Positions 51,505 to 55,754 of a DNA stretch of 55,754 nt are shown piece after piece (the first letter of the stretch is position 1; each line of letters starts with the position of its first letter). The position numbers and the translations under genes are program-made. Under the pieces are notes generated by a model that was not told where the DNA came from, ran no database searches, and saw only the letters and a list, made by a program, of their open reading frames with translations. Source of the stretch: Macrostomum lignano. Its lineage: Eukaryota. The stretch covers positions 1 through 55,754 of the forward strand of contig NIVC01004197.1 of NCBI GenBank assembly GCA_002269645.1, in the 5' to 3' direction.

Positions 51505-53635
51505 ATCTGCCACTCCGCTCACTCAGTCATTGAGAATCTGCCTCTCCGCTCACTCAGTCATTGAGTCTGCCTCTCCGCTCACTCAGTCATTGAGAATCTG
51601 CCTCTCCGCTCACTCAGTCATTGAGAATCTGCCTCTCCGCTCACTCAGTCCATTGAGAATCTGCCTCTCCGCTCACTCAGTCATTGAGAATCTGCCTCTC
51701 CGCTCACTCAGTCATTGAGAATCTGCCTCCGCTCACTCAGTCATTGAGAATCTGCCACTCCGCTCACTCAGTCATTGAGAATCTGCCTCTCCGCTCACTC
51801 AGTCATTGAGAATCTGCCTCTCCGCTCACTCAGTCATTGAGAATCTGCCTCTCCGCTCAACTCAGTCATTGAGAATCTGCCTCTCCGCTCACTCAGTCAT
51901 TGAGAATCTGCCTCTCGCTCACTCAGTCATTGAGAATCTGCCTCTCCGCTCACTCAGTCATTGAGAATCTGCCTCTCCGCTCACTCAGTCATTGAGAATC
52001 TGCCTCTCCGCTCACTCAGTCATTGAGAATCTGCCTCTCCGCTCACTCAGTCATTGAGATCTGCCTCTCCGCTCACTCAGTCATGAGAATCTGCCTCTCC
52101 GCTCACTCAGTCATTGAGAATCTGCCCCTCCGCTCAACTCAGTCATTGAGAATCTGCCTCTCCGCTCACTCAGTCATGAGGATCTGGCTCTCCGCCTCAC
52201 TCAGTCATTGAGAATCTGCCTCTCCGCTCACTCAGTCATTGAGAATCTGCCCCTCCGCTCAACTCAGTCATTGAGAATCTGCCTCTCCGCTCACTCAGTC
52301 AGTGAGAATCTGCCTCTCCGCTCACTCAGTCATTGAGAATCTGCCCTCCGCTCAACTCAGTCATTGAGAATCTGCCTCTCCGCTCACTCAGTCATTGAGA
52401 ATCTGCCCCTCCGCCTCAAACTCAGTCATTGAGAATCTGCCTCTCCGCTCACTCAGTCATTGAGAATCTGCCTCTCCGCTCAACTCAGTCATTGAGAATC
52501 TGTCTCTTTGCTCACTCAAGTCATTGAGAATCTGCCTCTCCGCTCACTCAGTCATTGAGAATCTGCCCCTCCGCTCAACTCAGTCATTGAGAATCTGCCT
52601 CTCGCTCACTCAGTCATTGAGAATCTGCCTCTCCGCTCACTCAGTCATTGAGGATCTGGCTCTCCGCTCACTCAGTCATTGAGAATCTGCCTCTCCGCTC
52701 ACTCAGTCATTGAGGATCTGGCTCTCCGCTCACTCAGTCATTGAGGATCTGGCTCTCCGCTCACTCAGTCATTGAGAATCTGCCTCTCCGCTCACTCAGT
52801 CATTGAGAATCTGCCTCCGCTCAACTCAGTCATTGAGAATCTGCCTCTCGCTCACTCAGTCATTGAGGATCTGGCTCTCCGCTCACTCAGTCATTGAGAG
52901 AATCTGCCCCTCCGCTCAACTCAGTCATTGAGAATCTGCCTCTCCGCTCACTCAGTCATTGAGAATCTGCCTCTCCGCTCACTCAGTCATTGAGAATCTG
53001 CCTCTCCGCTCACTCAGTCATTGAGAATCTGCCCCTCCGCTCAACTCAGTCATTGAGATCTGCCTCTCCGCTCACTCAGTCATTGAGGATCTGCTCTCCG
53101 CTCACTCAGTCATTGAGAATCTGCCTCTCCGCTCACTCAGTCATTGAGGATCTGCCTCTCCGCTCACTCAGTCATTGAGAATCTGCCTCTCCGCTCACTC
53201 AGTCATGAGAATCTGCCCCTCGCTTCAACTCAGTCATTGAGAATCTGCCTCTCCGCTCACTCAGTCATTGAGAATCTGCCTCTCCGCTCACTCAGTCATT
53301 GAGGATCTGCCTCTCCGCTCACTCAGTCATTGAGAATCTGCCTCTCCGCTCACTCAGTCATTGCAGAAATCTGCCCCTCCGCTCAACTCAGTCATTGAGA
53401 ATCTGGCCTCTCCGCTCACTCAGTCATTGAGGATCTGGCTCTCCGCTCACTCAGTCATTGAGAATCTGCCTCTCCGCTCACCAGTCATTGAGAATCTGCC
53501 CCTCCGCTCAACTCAGTCATTGAGAATCTGCCTCTCCGCTCACTCAGTCATTGAGAATCTGCCTCTCCGCTCACTCAGCATTGAGGATCTGCCTCTCCGC
53601 TCACTCAGTCATTGAGAATCTGCCTCTCCGCTTTC
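51505..53635. repeat. 31-bp tandem satellite
   Basis: Unit GAGAATCTGCCTCTCCGCTCACTCAGTCATT, roughly 68 copies with scattered 1-nt indels. Confidence 0.97.
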
Positions 53636-54258
53636 TCAATCATGCATCCATTCATTCACCGAGCTAAATAATAACTATCACTGTGGGATGTGTGTCTTGT
53701 GCCAGCTCTTAGTCTACAGAAACAATTATTACCACTAAAAACTACTAAAAGACTACTAAAAACTTTCTTATGCCAAGCTGTGCTAGTTTCCACCTCTTGT
53801 ATTGAGTAGCAGAATCCATAAAATTTATTTAATGTACTTTTTATTTGTTGCGATTCGAATTGCTTTAATCATAGCATCGAAGTCAATTTTGGCCATAGAC
53901 AAAAACTTAGTGCTAGCTTATTGAAATTCAATCCTTCATCTACGCATACGCGGCGATGATCCTATTAGTTTAGCCCATAGACCAAACTGCTCTACCGTCG
54001 CAAGTTGGACAGCCGAAGTAACAGCCAATGAGTCCCTACCTTAGTTTCATAGCTTAATTTCTCTATCTAGATGTCATACGCTCGTATTTTGTTTCTTATA
54101 GAACGAGTGTCAACTCTTAGCTTAATTTATTATTGATTTGGAAATGCTGTTCTGTTAATCAGACATCCGGCAAGGCGAATATAAACTGAATCAACAGCCA
54201 AGATCGTAAACGGCTGCTAACTGAAGGAATTAAGCTCAACAAACACGAAAATTCAGAA

Positions 54259-55470
54259 ATGATAGACCTTGCAGTTATCGTTTTAATTCTCTGCTTCGCC
54301 ATGGTCTACTTAGTTCATTCCTGTTCACGGTGGCTCTGTACTTTATCAGATGTCTCGCACCTGCCGAGACAGCAGAGACGGCGCAACGGTTTCACAGAAG
54401 CAGCACTGCGCTCCGGTTTCGGCCACTTCAAACGTGAAAAAAGCGACATCAAAAGCTTTGAAGAAACCGACATCGAAGCCCGCTGCTGGCGATGGAGACG
54501 CGATGAACGATAAACGAACGGATGAAGATGGCCAGCACGACCACCACCAGCTACACCAGTTGCGAAAGATGCAGCCAAGGTCTCGTGCCTCAGCGACAGG
54601 AACAGCAGCAGGAGAAACGCAGACAGCAGCAGCAGTTCCTCCTCAGCAGCTGAACGGAGGACACCCCAGCTGGCGGCAGCGCTGGGATTTACACCTGCGA
54701 ACTGTGCGGTTCCTGCTGCGCTGGCGATAGTCGAAAGGTGAAAATTGATTTATTGATATACAGATTTTTTTTGTCTGAATCAAGTTCGACCAAAATTCTG
54801 AAACTTTCGCAAAATTTTATGCATGTTATTCTGTAAGGTATCTCACCTTTCATCTCAGACCTATCGACCCATGGACGCTGGAAGCATTGACGCCGAAGTT
54901 GTGCATCGACAGGTCCTCGGTTCGATTCCGGCGTTTGTCGCACCGGAGTCGGAGCCTATTTCTTCAATCAGAACGGCAAAGACCAACAAGCAGCCTGCGG
55001 GAATCCGTGTCCGCAGTGTCCGCTACATTGTCACTGCCGGCCGAGACAGGTTGCATGTACCACCTTCGTTTCTGCACCACCAATGGAGAATTGCATATCA
55101 GCCAAAATCAATAAATGCTGCGACTGCCGATCGATACTGTGCTTCGAATTGATTAAAATATTGAAGCAATGCCAGACGTGCTAACAACGCGCGAGACAAT
55201 TCTGTTTGTCAATCGGTTGCGACAGAAGCGCAAAGAGTTCAAACGCGTCTTTTGGACAAGTTTCTATCCAAGAAATCGACTCCTGGTTGGTGGCGATTTT
55301 AACAGACTCCGTTTCTAATGAAGCCACCATCGCCTATAGCGGCATGACGAGAAAGTTTGTACAGATTGCCAGACAGCCAGACAGTCAGTTGGTTCTGCAG
55401 TTGTGCCTGCAAGCCAGCAGACCCAGTGCCTGGAGCCCTACTCCAATATTGTGCAGGACTGCGATGGTAA
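54259..55470 (+). other. Possible fragmented coding exons of an unidentified Cys-containing membrane/secreted protein
   Basis: Hydrophobic start MIDLAVIVLILCFAMVYLV; GC-rich coding-like blocks; IYTCELCGSCCAGDSRK|GTGAAA donor at about 54738 and QCLEPYSNIVQDCD|GTAAG donor at about 55468. No single continuous frame. Confidence 0.3.
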
Positions 55471-55559
55471 GACACTCTGTCCTTTACTGCCAGCTTGCAA
55501 AAAAAATTTGGAAACCGTCTCTACTATGTAGTACAATGTAAAGTTAAGTGTTGAAGCAA

Positions 55560-55754
55560 AGTGTGAAAACACGAAGAAAAGCACAGTGTGAAACACGAAG
55601 AAAAAAAAAAAGCACAGTGTGAAACACGAAGAAAAGCACAGTGTGAAACACGAAGAAAAGCAGTGTGAAACACGAAGAAAAGCACAGTGTTGAAACACGA
55701 AGATAAGCACAGTGTGAAACACGAAGAAAAGCACAGTGTGAAACACGAAGAAAA
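55560..55754. repeat. 24-bp tandem repeat running off the window end
   Basis: Unit GTGTGAAACACGAAGAAAAGCACA. Confidence 0.92.

Noticed and set aside
51380-53615. Short ICLSAHSVIENLPL ORFs
   Set aside because: Translations of the 31-bp satellite.

Overview
AT-rich, intron-containing eukaryotic (invertebrate metazoan) DNA. The TGTC microsatellites, intronic minisatellites and gene set are compatible with a free-living flatworm such as Macrostomum (inference only). Host genes: a 9-exon HSPA12-like Hsp70 (+, 157-5671), a single-exon secreted protein (+, 13286-14254), a WIPI3/WDR45B-like PROPPIN (+, about 16694-27316) with a 7.8-kb transposon-filled first intron, a DUF1647-type gene (-, 28142-30237), eIF2B epsilon (-, 34809-39825) and a secreted fibrinogen-domain protein (+, 49268-51287). 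Mobile DNA: an RTE-type LINE, an intron-containing Ginger/GIN-type stand-alone integrase, two mariner remnants (one hit by a solo LTR), several hAT-type MITEs with 8-bp TSDs, two tRNA-SINE families and a Penelope-like relic. There are also many tandem arrays. Two signals are not in the ORF track. (1) Five dispersed paralogous box C/D snoRNAs of the U46/SNORD46/snR63 type lie in and around WIPI3; four have terminal stems that differ between copies yet still pair. (2) A small repeat family, one copy of which is a clean MITE, carries an uninterrupted, diverged piece of 28S rDNA spanning helix 69 and the R2/I-PpoI target site. That piece includes the exact target of those snoRNAs, and one copy lies in the same pre-mRNA. 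Exon structures were built by eye from GT/AG sites and phase compatibility. No database searches were run.
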